A stretch of DNA of 64,000 bases from Eledone cirrhosa (lineage: Eukaryota), in NCBI GenBank assembly GCA_964016885.1, contig OZ024743.1:251658001-251722000 (forward strand), read 5' to 3'. The notes beneath the pieces were generated by a model that was not told where the DNA came from, made no database searches, and was given only the letters and a program-made list of their open reading frames with translations. Of this stretch, positions 11,632 to 25,684 are shown piece by piece; within the stretch, counting starts at the first letter, position 1; every line of letters begins with the position of its first letter. The position numbers were made by a program, and so were the translations under genes.

Positions 11632-13510
11632 CCCACCGTGAGTTACAAATATGGCCTCCTTCGAATTAGGCTTAGTTAATATGATCAACGAACTAAAATT
11701 TCGTGAGTACAATAATAATTTTCAAACAACTTTCTAACGAGATTTCTAATATCAAATCCTCTAATAATGCGTTTGTATTTTCCGATAAAACTAAAAATTT
11801 ATATGAAGTTAATATCCAATTATATAACCAACTTTTAACAGATAGTATTACTACTAAATATCAAAAATCCAGATATAACACCTATAATAATATAAATAAC
11901 GAAGCTAAAGATATAGCAAGAAAATTAGGAATAGATGATAGGACTGAAAGCCCATAAAATAGAGTTCAATAACCGACCTAGTTGTAGAATTATTAACCCT
12001 GCTAAAACAGAAATTGGTCTTGCTAGTAAAAATATTTTTAAGAAATATGATTAAACAAATAATAGGTAAAACAGAATTATTTCAATGGTTAAATATCTCC
12101 TCAGTTATATCTTGGTTCAACAATATACAAGAGAAAAATAAGTTTAGATTAACCCAATTTGATATAGTAGATTTCTATCCTTCTATCACTCACTCCTTGT
12201 TAGTCAAAGCGTTAGATTTTGCTAGACAATTTACTGGTATATCAGAACTAGAGAATGATGTAATTTTGCATGCCAGAAAAATAATACTTTTTGCCAAAGA
12301 CGAAACCAGGGTAAACAAATCAAACCCAGAAAATCCTTTTGATGTCTCAATGGATTCTTTCGAATGTGTATGGTTTCGAATGTGTGTGGTTTATTTGGCT
12401 TATTCCTCCTCCACATACTTAAAGAGAAATTCCGCAATCACACTATCGGATTTTATCGAGATGACGACTAGCAGTATCACACACCACCAATGGCCATGAT
12501 CTTGACAGAGTTCGTAAAGACTTGATACGAATCTTCAATAATCTAGATCTTTAAATCACCATAGACACGAATCGGACTAATGTTAACTTTCTTGATATAA
12601 ATCTTGATTTACTTACCGCTTGTTTTAAACCATATCATAAACCAAATGAAAATTTAAGATATATAAATAAAGGGTTATGATATTCCCCATGGTATTTAAA
12701 CACCTTATCCCGAATATTAATCGTAGGGTATCAACCTTCTTTTCAAATGAAGAAATATTTAATAAGGCAGTCGCTTATTGTAAGGTCCTCAAGAATAGTG
12801 GTTTTAAGGAAAAAATTAAATATATACCTAATTCTACTAATACCAATAATCATAAAGATAGAAAAATAAAAATAATTGGGTTTACACCACCCTTTTCATT
12901 AGCAGTAAAAACAAATGTAGGCAGAAAGTTCCTTGGTCTCTTCCCCCAATAACATAGATATAATAAAATATTTAACAGAAATTTAGTCAAGATTAGCTAC
13001 TCCTGCAGTTCTTCAATGAAAACCAAGATTACCAATGAGAAAATACCCAGAGAAAATCCAGGATGTTCATGCAAAAATGTAGGAGAATATCCTCGACAGG
13101 GCAAATGCAATATAAAATCAATTGTATATGAATCAACAGTGACACCTTTAAACACCAACCAACCAGTTACCAGTGAGCGATATGTGGCAATGACTCAAGC
13201 TAAATTCAAACAGTGTTATTACGCACATGTCACTTCTCTCAGACATCCTGAAAATAGAAAACCAAGGTATTGGCAAACAGTGTGTGGTAGATGAAAGAAC
13301 GGGGAATTCCATATGTAATAAATTGGTCTATTTTAATCCAATCAAAAGAAAATACAAAAGGTACGAGAAAATGTACTTTATGCATAAGTGAGAAATATAG
13401 ATTTCTACAGAACCTGAAATCTCCAAATACTTGCCTCAACCATAAATAAATTTTCAGAGGTTGCCCACATATAATATCATATCTGCTATCCCATTGGAAT
13501 AAAAATAGCA
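11632..13510 (+). pseudogene. Penelope-like element 3, degenerate RT + GIY-YIG
   Basis: Fragments [60 protein letters not shown] and GCSCK..GKC..SIVYE..YV(G)MT. Many stops and frameshifts. Confidence 0.9.
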
Positions 13511-13594
13511 TCAACTGGACACACAACCACCCTGAACATATATTTCAAATATGAAATAGCATTAACACTAACTACCCTAAACTTATAATTAATA

Positions 13595-13885
13595 TGTTAA
13601 CATACATTTAGTTATAAACATAACACGCAGATAACACTCACATATTGATTATGATCACATAAATTTAGTTATACATATAACACACAGATAACACTCATAT
13701 ATTGATTATATTCACTTCTTTCTTTTGCTATGCGTACATCTATGTATGTAAGTATATACATTTGATGACTCTATATGATGTATCAAACACTCCTTCATTC
13801 TAATGATATATTTCACACACATATATGTTCACCTACATTTAATTATACATATAACATACAGATAACACTTACATATGATTTACAT
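13595..13885 (+). repeat. Degenerate short repeats in the PLE3 3' UTR
   Basis: TTTAGTTATA(A/C)A(C/T)ATAACAC(G/A)CAGATAACACTCA(C/T)ATATTGATTAT at ~13606 and ~13663, with a looser third copy at ~13838. Confidence 0.6.
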
Positions 13886-14124
13886 CCGATCTTACTACTA
13901 TGCACAGGTTCCATTTTGTTGTACCCTTGTTGACTATGTATGTCATCGAAAACTCATTTTCTCTACCAATATACTTAACATATATATAGATATGTGTGCA
14001 TATTTTGAGGTGATAATATATTTATTTCCCTTGTATGAACCTACGTGTGTCTGTTTGTATACATGCGTTTATATGTATGTGAATATATATTTTGGTACGT
14101 ACGGTTGTATGTGTATATATAATA

Positions 14125-14159
<35 letters not shown>

Positions 14160-14361
14160 ATGCTCTGAAAATGTTTTTAATTAAACATACGGTATATTGC
14201 CAAATATAATTGCCAGATATACTATACATACATTAATGTATACATCGCTATTTCAGAGCACCAATCTTAATACCTAATTTTTGCTGGACTGGCAATCGCT
14301 GTGTATAATCAGTTCCTGATTATTACTGGAATTCTATAAGAATCCAGTTTCTCTAGTTTTA

Positions 14362-14446
14362 GGCAAAGGCGGGGGAGTACGTTGCTCTGATGATCACCAA
14401 CAGTGTGAAACAGCAGACTCTGTCAGCTTCTCTCCCTTCTTTTGCC
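14362..14446 (+). ncRNA. Type I hammerhead ribozyme with extended stem I, downstream of PLE3
   Basis: GGCAAAGG..GGGAG..GCT-CTGATGA-TCACCAACAGTGT-GAAA-CAGCAGACTCTG-TC-AGC..CTCCC..TTTTGCC. Stems: GCT/AGC, GGGAG/CTCCC, GGCAAA/TTTGCC, CAC/GTG, CAG/CTG. Confidence 0.8.
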
Positions 14447-14839
14447 GAAAAAAAAGAAGTAAGTGACATATTCACTACTTTTAAAATGATAGCGCAATGT
14501 ATTCAAAATGTTTTTAATTAAACATACGGTATATTGCCAAATATACTATACATACATTCATATATATAATATATATATGTGTGTGTATGAGTGTACATAT
14601 GTGGTCGATGCACTTATATATCTATGTAAGTGTATAAATGGATATATGTATAGATGCGCGTATGTGGTTTTATGTGTGCGCGTTTGTATATATATTTTTC
14701 CGTTATAAGATGTTATTTAAACTCAGCCTCACTTTCGTTTTTGATAGATATTATTTTCACAATTTATATCCAAAACATAATTATTTTGTTGACGAACGAG
14801 CTGGACGCATTGTTTTGGCCTTATTACACATATTCAAAC

Positions 14840-14887
<48 letters not shown>

Positions 14888-14888
<1 letters not shown>

Positions 14889-15965
14889 ATCATCATCATT
14901 TAACGTCTATTTTCCATGCTAGCATGGGTTAGACAGGTTTGTCCCATTAGAGGCAAGTTGGGTTGGGTGACCATGTCTTGCTTATATAGGAATATTTCTC
15001 TCTAAATTTCTACGGCTGGATGCCCTTCCTAATGCTAACAACATTTACAGTGTGTGCTGGGTGCTTTTGCCATGTCTTCTGCACGACTACTTCAGTGTGG
15101 GTTGGGTGCTTTTTGTTGTGACACCTACACTACCATTTTACAGTGTTATGTGATTCCAAAATAACAGAGTGAGGGTGATGTGGACAGAAGTGAGAGGGTG
15201 GTGTAGAGGTGTGGGGTTTATAGAAGGTGGGTATAGTGGATTAAGAGGTGCCAACTCAGTGTATGTTTGAGAATGTGTGCAAGGAAAGGCAGGTCTTCTG
15301 TATTACTTCATAGCACCAAAGATCTCGATCCTGTGTCTGCTTTTATCACTTCATCCCAGGTCTTCCTGGGTCTTCTTACTTTGTAGGTTCCATCAATTTT
15401 GATTACCCTGCACCTTTTTATACAGCTGTCATCCATCATATGCATCACATGGCTATACCAACGCAATCTCTTCTTTAATATACTGCATCTGATCTTTTTT
15501 ATGCCTAATTTCTCATTTAGTTTATTTATGCTTTACTGTTTGTGTATATTACTATTACACATTCATCGGAGCATGTATGCTTAATTTCTTTCCAATCTTC
15601 ACAGGTCCTCTGCACACAGTGCTTATGTCTCACTACCATGTAACATTGCTGTTTGTATACAAGCATCATACAATCTGCCTTTTATTTTTAGGGAGAAACC
15701 TTTTGCAGCCAACAGTGGTATTAGCTCTCAGAACTTTTTCCATCCTATTCTTAGTCTTGCTCCTGTACTTTCAGGATACCCTCCTCCATTTCTGATTTTA
15801 TCACCCAGGTAACAGAAAGTGTTGAATTTCTATAGAACCGTCTGGGCAAATGAAGGAGCTAGTATCCTGCAGGTACTTGCTACTTACTGCACCTGAGCAT
15901 TGGCCACATATAAAATCTACACATATATATACATAGACTGGTAACTGGGTAGTGAAAAGATGCCT
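14888..15965 (-). pseudogene. Degenerate 3' fragment of an RTE LINE
   Basis: (CAT)n tail and GGATGCCCTTCCTAA 3' UTR motif. Translation DFICGQCSGAVSSKYLQDTSSFICPDGSIEI aligns with the 19385-20320 ORF. Confidence 0.85.
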
Positions 15966-16094
15966 GTATATGAAGTGCAATGTTGAATGGCAGTGCAAAG
16001 TGGGAGATAAATGCAGATGTGATGAAGAGATTGAAGATATAAGGAAGCCTTTTCTCTTTGATGTGTAATTTTAGAGTATATAAACGATAGGATG

Positions 16095-16410
16095 TTGATG
16101 AGCCATTAGAAAAACTTGGTTTAAGAGAAATTAGATATGTTGTGTAAGAGGGAAGACTTCACTAGTATGAACATGTGATGCATATTGATGAGAAATGCTG
16201 GGTGAAGAAGTGCCAGGTGGTACAACTGGATGGGAGTTGAAGTATAGTAGACTGATACAAACCTGGATAGAGGTGATCTCAAAATGCCAAACCTCACAGA
16301 AGACTTGAAGGAATGCTGTGAGTCAAGGGAGGTTGTGGTGGAGAGGACATGTCCAACTAATCCAAGAGTAGAAAAGTAGAGGTAAAATGATGGTGGTGAT
16401 GTTATGATGA
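16095..16410 (+). pseudogene. Highly decayed RTE 3' fragment
   Basis: AGAAAAACTTGG...GAAGACTTCACTAGTATGAACATGTGATGCATA...GGGTGAAGAAGTGC resembles RRLRWYGHVMR...VKKC and is followed by a GAT-rich tail. Confidence 0.6.
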
Positions 16411-16769
16411 TTATATATATATATGTGTGTGTGTGTATATGTGATACTTTTGTGTGTATATATGTATGCGTTATTATTATGTGTGTGCATATATGTATAT
16501 ATAATACGCATACCAACTCATCCATTCTTACACACACAAATATGTACATGCAAATAGTTTCACAAGTCAAATTTGGTTTATTGTTTGTTTGCTTGCTTTA
16601 ACCACCATGACAAAGGCCATACTGTAGCAGTACCTTTTATATGCACAAATGCATTAATTCATGAGCAATATGTCTTACTGGATCTATAAAATATTCACAT
16701 ATGATAATCTAAATGTTTTATGCATAAACACACTATACAATACTAACACATTGATATATTTGTTTATTA

Positions 16770-18796
<2,027 letters not shown>

Positions 18797-18841
18797 AAGT
18801 TAAATAAGATGTCAAATGATTAAAATTTAGCTTCGTTTATT

Positions 18842-18896
18842 ACTGCTATATATATTTCAGTGACAGCCATCTTTGGCTGTGACCTCTTCAGGCAGT
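18842..18896 (-). ncRNA. Minimal type I hammerhead ribozyme (PLE pLTR type) followed by AATAAA
   Basis: Minus strand reads ACTGC-CTGAAGA-GGTCACAGCCAAAGATGGCTGTCACT-GAAA-TATATA-TA-GCAGT-AATAAA. Stem I ACTGC/GCAGT, stem II ACAGCCA/TGGCTGT, palindromic stem III. Confidence 0.8.
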
Positions 18897-19384
18897 TTGA
18901 ATTAGTATGGTATAGACAAGTACATATGTTGTTGAGGTGTATAATATTGTCAATACTCTGATATGCCCAGTTCCTAGTTGGTTTATTTCACTGAGGAACT
19001 GTATATATATGTATATATAAATATGTATATATCATCATCATCATCATCATCAACGTTTAACGTCCGTGTTCCACGCTTGCATAGGTTTGGACGGGGGTAG
19101 TCCAACTTGAGGCAAGAGTGATTGTCTTGCTCGCATAGGACTGTCTGGCAGGTTTTCTACAGTTGGATGCCCTTCCTAACACCAACCACATTTACAGTGT
19201 GGGTCTGGGAGGTTTTTACCGTGTTGCCTACACGGCCACATTACAGCGTGGACTGTGTGTTTTTTTGTCGTGACACCTACACGATCTCATTTGTTTCGGC
19301 CTGGATGGCGCGGCACCAACATAACTTTACATAGGACGGGGTGGTGTGGATGGGTGGGGTGGTGGCGGGACGGGGTGTATTTTG

Positions 19385-22300
19385 TTAGAGATGCCTACTG
19401 GCAAGGCGGGGCTTCTCTGTTACTGAGTACCGCCAAAGGTCTCGGTCCAGTGACATTGTCTTGGAGAGGTGTAAGTGTGTGAGGTCGGAGTTTATCAGCT
19501 CGTCCCAGGTTTTTCTAGGTCTGCCTATTCCGTGGCTACCGTCTATCTTTATTGCCCTGCACTTTGTTATACAGCTATCGTCTTTCATGCGCATCACATG
19601 TCCATACCAACGTAGCCTTCTCTCGAGTAAACAACATCTGATTCCTCTTATCTCTAATATTTTCCTTAGTTCGTTTATGCTTTGCCGTTCACGTATATTA
19701 CTGTTACACATCCAGCGGAGCATGCAAGCTTCGTTCCTCTCTAGTCTGCGTATATCCTCTGCACACAATGCCCAGGTCTCACTGCCATGCAACATTGCTG
19801 TTCGTATGCAGGCATCGTACAACCTGCCTTTCATTTTTAGGGAGAACCCTTTAGCAGCTAATAGTGGTATAAGCTCTCTGAACTTTTTCCAACCAGTTCT
19901 GACTCTAGCTACAGTACTTTCAGAGCACCCTCCCCCACTGCTGATTTTATCGCCCAGGTAACGGAAGCTGTCCACTATTTCTATAGAACCCTCTGCGCAA
20001 TTGAAAGAGCTAGTATTTTGTGGGCACTTGCTGCTACTTATTGCACCAGAACACCGGCCACATGTAAAATCTATGTTCTTAGTTAGCTTACCTGTGATCC
20101 CACTACATCTTTTATGCACCCATACTTTGCATTTAGGACATAAAATGGAGTTTCTACCTACGCCTTTCCTACACACCGAGCACGACCATTTCCCAGAAGG
20201 GACCGCCGCCTTGTTTTCTTTCCTACTAACTAGAACTTTGGTCTTAGCCAGGTTAATTTTAAGTCCTTTTGACTCTAGGCCGTGCTTCCATGTTTGGAAT
20301 TTCTTCTCTAGCTCGGCCATTGATTCCGCTATGAGTGTCAGGTCGTCTGCGTATAGGAGTTCCCATGGGCAGCCTGTCTTGAACTCCTCTGTTATAGCCT
20401 GAAGGGCAATAATAAATAGTAGGGGGCTGAGAACAGAGCCCTGATGGACGCCAACTTTTACGCTAAACTCTTCACTATATTCGTTGTTAATTCTAACCTT
20501 GCTGACTGTTTCTTAATACATGGCTTGTATGGCCCTCACAAGCCATTCGTCAACGCCTAGTTTTCTAAGAGCCCACCAGATAATGGAGCGGGGGACTCTG
20601 TCGAAGGCTTTCTCCAAGTCGACAAAAGCTAAGTAGAGGGGTTTACCTTTAGCTAGGAACTTCTCCTGTAGTTGTCGTACTATGAAAAGAGCGTCTGTGG
20701 TACTTTTGCCTGACACAAACCCGAACTGCATTTCATCTAGGTCAATTCTCTCTCTGATTAGTTGCGCTATTACTTTTTCCGTGACCTTCATGACCTGGTC
20801 GATTAATTTAATGCCTCTATAGTTACTCCTATCTAGGGCGTCTCCTTTACCCTTATAACAGTTAACGATGATGCTGCTATGCCAGTCCTTCGGAACAACC
20901 CCATTCTGTACGACTTGGTTAACTATGCGGGTGACCATGGTGTGTCCCACCGTGCCAGATGCCTTCAGCATCTCAGCAACTATTTCCGAAGGCCCAGCCG
21001 CCTTACCTGTCTTCATATCCTTGATTGCCTTACTTATTATACTCCCCTCGACTAACACTGCTGGTCCCTCTATTGGGTCGACATGGGGGAGACTGTCTTT
21101 CTCCCATTTATTCTCCTCATTTAGTAGCCTTTCATAGTGACACTTCCAAGCTACCTTCTTATCAGTGTCGGTGATGGCAAGTATGCCATCATCGTTAAGT
21201 ACACACTTCTCCCCGACAATATCACGGTTTTCCTTGACGCATTGCCTAGCAATCCTGAACACCTCACGTTTTTGGTCATCGCGTTGTAGGACATGCTTGA
21301 ACTTTCTTTCCTCAGCTTCCCTTCTTGCTAAGTACACTTCTCTCCTAGCTTCCCTCCTGGCCACTTGATAGTCTACTCTACTTCCCCCATCCCGCCATAC
21401 TTTCCAAGCCTGCTTTTGGGCCTTAATTGACCCCTCCACCTTACTGTTCCACCACCATGTTACTCTCCTCCTGCCTACAGGCCTGCTCCAGCCACAGACA
21501 TCGTCTGTCGCCAACAGCAGGTTTGCTTTCAGAAATTCCCACTGTCCCTCTATATTGTCCGACTCTAAATGTTCTTCCTTACTGTCGAAAGCATCAAGTA
21601 ATATGTTTTGAAATTTATTTTTGGCTGCGGGGTCCTTTAGCTTCCATATTTTTCTCCTGAGGATAGTCCTCTTCTGCTGTCGAGTACGTCTCGTCCTGAC
21701 TATGAGGTCGCTAATTATCAGTCTATGTTGGGAGGTGCATTCTTCATGGGGGAGGGATTTAGTGTTTACAACAGACACTCTGTCACGTCTTCTGGTAAGG
21801 ATATAATCTACCTGGCTTGTGTGTTTCCCGGATCTATAGGTGATCAGGTGATTGTCACGTTTTTTGAAGTTAGTGTTACAGATAGTTAGGTTATTTGCAT
21901 CACAGAATTCCAGGATTCTGGAGCCTTCCTCATTTCTAGTACCAAACCCATAGCCTCCATGGATTTCGTCGTAGCCGTCACAATGTTGCCCAACGTGACC
22001 ATTTAGGTCGCCTGCAATAATTATATAGTCACTGTCAGATATTTGGGAGGTAGTGAGCATCAGTGTCTCATAGAATCTGTCTTTTATAGTGCCGGGCAGT
22101 CCGGATTGGGGTGCGTACGCAGATATTACTGTCACCGTAGTTCTATTGAGGACAAGTCGTATTTTAATTATTCTGTCGTTCACTCTATTTACGTCTATTA
22201 TCTTATCTGCCCACTTTTCTGCTACCATGATTCCTACTCCACCCAGCCCATCGTCGTTTCCCACCCAGAAAAGCTTATAACATCGTTTTTTACCCTCAAT

Positions 22301-22440
22301 GAATCTAGCAGACCCACCCCTCCACCTGGTCTCTTGAATACAACAAACATCGACCTCCTTACGTTCAAGCATTTCTACAGCCTCGTTAGCGCGACCCTTT
22401 AGGGTGCCTACATTTATGGTACCAGCTCTGAAGTTTTGGA
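19385..22440 (-). pseudogene. LINE APE-RT polyprotein with a single in-frame stop (TAA 20513-20515)
   Basis: ORFs 20513..22372 and 19385..20320 are in one frame. The intervening 64 codons read ETVSKVRINNEYSEEFSVKVGVHQGSVLSPLLF...LLYADDL. Confidence 0.9.
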
Positions 22441-22682
22441 TCGCGTTTGGAGGGTGGGGGTGGTGGGGGCGGGGGGAGATGGGGTTATGTTAGCCATCCG
22501 CGGGCGAAACAAAGAAGAGTGCTCGCATTCTCGTCCACGAGGTGAATTTGACTTTAGCATTGGCATTTTCGCTCTGAGCGTCCAGATTTTTCTCTCCCTT
22601 CCACTCTCCAGGATTCCGCAGTCCGTCCATCCATCCATCCATCCATCATATATCGAAGGCAACCGTGCAAGCGATAGTATAG

Positions 22683-22811
22683 GCCTCTGGCTTATGATTG
22701 GTCCGCGTAATAATAATAATGGTGATGCGTGTGGGGGGGGGGTCTCTGGCTTATAATAATAATGGTGATGCGTGTGGGGGGGGGTCTCTGGCTTATGATT
22801 GGTCCACGTAT
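22683..22811 (-). promoter_or_regulatory. Short tandem repeats with two CCAAT boxes in the LINE 5' UTR
   Basis: CTCTGGCTTAT occurs three times and AATAATAATGGTGATGCGTGTG(G)nTCTCTGG twice. GGACCAATCA occurs twice in the LINE sense orientation. Confidence 0.45.
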
Positions 22812-23085
22812 TAAGAATGGTGGTGTGTGGGGGCGGGTGGGAGGGATGTGGGGTAGCTAGCTGGAAGGTTATGAATGTTTAACAGCGAGTAACAAAAAGC
22901 AAAACTGCAAGATTTGTTCTGTTCAATACGACAAAAACACCGTATTTAAACCTTAATAAATAACAAAAAAATACAGATTTCGGATTTTGCGAGATTGGAT
23001 GTTTGGACTATGTACGAAATTGTGGTGTGTGGAGTAGATAGGAAAACGTGAACGTTACGATTACATGGTTACACCGTAGTAGGGG

Positions 23086-23126
23086 TAGTTGAAGCAGCAA
23101 TTGTTTGGCGATTGCTGCTTCAACTA
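23086..23126. other. Perfect 16-bp-stem hairpin at the LINE 5' terminus
   Basis: TAGTTGAAGCAGCAAT-TGTTTGGCG-ATTGCTGCTTCAACTA. Confidence 0.85.
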
Positions 23127-23134
23127 TATATATG

Positions 23135-23171
<37 letters not shown>

Positions 23172-23304
23172 GTATATATATGTATATATAAATATGTATA
23201 TATATATATGTATATATAAATATGTATGTATATATATATGTATATGTATATATATATAAATGTATATATATGTATATATAAATATGTATATATATATATA
23301 TATG

Positions 23305-23421
<117 letters not shown>

Positions 23422-23467
23422 TTGTATGTACATTTATATACATATATGTATGTATATATATATATAC

Positions 23468-23885
23468 ATACGTCAATACTCATCTTTTTCAATCTCTCAG
23501 AGGGTTCTATACCCCACTATCAGGCTAAATAATTTCTTTAATTTCTTTAGTCAAAATACGGCGATAGCTTACATTTATAATAATTTCAAACCCGCTCGCT
23601 GTTTCGAACATATTCTTACTTGACATTACAGTCGGTAAGTTTATAGCTTCTAATTTGAATGGAAAAAGACGGGTGGTGTGTTGGTGTAAATAGTAGCACA
23701 GTGGTCGGGATAACCAAAGATGTGGGTTTGACTCCCATGTACGTCAATACTCATCTTTTTCCATCTCTCCGAGTGTTCTTAACCCCACTATCAGGCTAAA
23801 TAATTTCTTTAATTTCTTTAGTCAAAATACGGCGATAGCTTACATTTATAATAATTTCAAACCCGCTCGCTGTTTCGAAAATATT

Positions 23886-23890
<5 letters not shown>
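23468..23890 (+). repeat. ~150-bp direct repeats (period ~270) enclosing a tRNA-like segment
   Basis: TACGTCAATACTCATCTTTTT...CGCTGTTTCGAA(C/A)ATATTCTTA at ~23469 and ~23740. Between them lies GGTGTGTTGGTGTAAATAGTAGCAC...GTGGGTTTGACTCCCAT, resembling A/B boxes and D/T arms. Confidence 0.7.
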
Positions 23891-23919
<29 letters not shown>

Positions 23920-23926
<7 letters not shown>

Positions 23927-25190
23927 GTGAGGTTTTTTTTTACAAATTGAAAAATAACTGAGGTGTCCTACACGAGTGAAAGTATAAAGAAAAAGAGATG
24001 AAATCGAAAATGCAACTGGAGACTTATTTTTTTTTTAAATATATATATTTATTTCGTTCCTTTACCGGTTTCGCAGTTCTTCTGCTTTTCAAAAGGTGAG
24101 TCGAGATGGAGGGTCTGTGGTTTTTCTCACATCTGGTTGGTCTCTGAATGTTACTTGTTTTATATGGAAAAAGTGGCTCTAAATGCCAGATTTTTCGAGA
24201 AGTAATTTGATTGGTTTGTCAATAATTATAATAAATTTCGCGCCAGTTTGCGTTACAATAGTTCTTCAAATAAGAGGGGGGGGGGTTGTCACAGGTTGTT
24301 TTTTCATATATGAGTGTTTGAATTTCTTTTTACTTCAAAAAAGGGGCTCACGAAGGCTTTCTTTTGGTTGGTTATAAATGAAATTATGGCTGTCACGTGA
24401 ACAAGTTTTCATTAAATTTTCGTGCCCTTTTTAAGTAAAGAAATTCAAGTAAAGAAATTCAAACACACACACAAATTTTCGTGCCCTTTTTAAGTAAACA
24501 ATTCAAGTAAAGAAATTCAAGCACACACACACAAAACACATACACACACACACACGCACACACACACAAGCACACAAATAAACATACATATCTTTACTTT
24601 CTTTATTCAATAGAAAATCTGAATTCTGACACTCCACCGAACTAACCATATTCACTGAACCAGAACAATTCTCCCATCCCTTTCTCTTGACCATTATCTT
24701 TCACTTATCATAAAATTCTCTAAAAAGGCTACTGAATGGATTTCCAAATAAGGGCACGAAAATTTAATGAAAACTTGTTCACGTGACAGCCATAATTTCA
24801 TTTATAACCAGCCAAAAAAAAGCCTTTGTGAGCCCCTTTTTTCAAGTAAAAAGAAATTCAAACCCTCATATACGAAAATACAACCCGTGAGACCCCCCCC
24901 CTCTTATTTGAAGAACTATTGTAACGCAAACTGGCGCGAAATTTATTATAATTATTGACAAACCAATCAAAATACTTCTCGAAAAACCTGGCATTTCGAG
25001 CCACTTTTTCCATATAAAACAAGTAACATTCAGAGACCAACCAGATGTGAGAAAAACCACAGACCCTCCATCTCAACTCACCTTTTGAAAAGCAGAAGAA
25101 CTGCGAAACCGGTAAAGGAACCAAATAAATATATATATTTAAAAAAAAATAAGACTTCAGTTGCATTTTCGATTTCACCTCTTTTTCTTC
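23920..25190. mobile_element. Fold-back element, long copy (~440-bp inverted arms, ~320-bp spacer)
   Basis: ~23989-24428 is the reverse complement of ~24751-25190 with scattered mismatches. The outer ~140 bp match the palindrome at 623-900. Confidence 0.85.
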
Positions 25191-25332
25191 ATATATATAT
25201 ATGTATATATATATGTATGTATATGTATATATATATATATATATATGTATGTATATGTATGTATATGTATATATATGTATGTATATATATATGTATGTAT
25301 ATGTATATATGTATGTATATGTATGTATATGT

Positions 25333-25684
25333 ATCATCATCATCATCATCATCATCATCATTTTACGTCCGCTTTTCCCTGCTTGCAAGGGTGGGACGGG
25401 AACTGATACTGGGTTGATTTCTACAGCTGGATGCCCTTCCTAACACCAACCTGATTTACAGTGAGTGTTGGGTGCTTGTTTGCCGTGGCACCTCCACGAC
25501 CTCTTTGCAGTGGAATGATAGGGACCTCAGTCCCTATCATCTCATTGCTACAGCTGAGTAAACTGGAACAATGTGAAATAAAGTCTCTTGCTCAAGGAAA
25601 CAACACATCACCCGGTCCGGGAATTGAACTCACAAGCTTTCGATTGCAAGGCCAATGCTCTAACCACAAAGCCATATGCCTCTG
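25333..25684 (-). mobile_element. tRNA-derived CORE-like SINE with RTE-type tail
   Basis: Head GGCATATGGCTTTGTGGTTAGAGC..GAGTTCAATTCC, central CCTTGAGCAAGA.ACTTTATTTCACATTG.TCCAGTTTACTCAGCTGTA, tail CCCACCCTTGCAAGCAGGGAAAAGCGGACGTAAAAT(GAT)n. Confidence 0.85.

Larger units (their letters stand above)
19031..23126 (-). mobile_element. Near full-length RTE-clade LINE (5' UTR, APE-RT ORF, 3' UTR, (GAT)n tail) in a (TA)n target
   Basis: APE motifs GTINVGTLKGR, CIQETRW, SAYAPQ, GDLNGHVG, QVDYIL, SQHR. RT motifs YRGIKL, QFGF, FVDLEKAFDRV, GVHQGSVLSPLLF, YADDL. C-terminus RRLRWYGHVMR, GRPRKTW. (ATC)n at 19031-19050. Confidence 0.95.
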
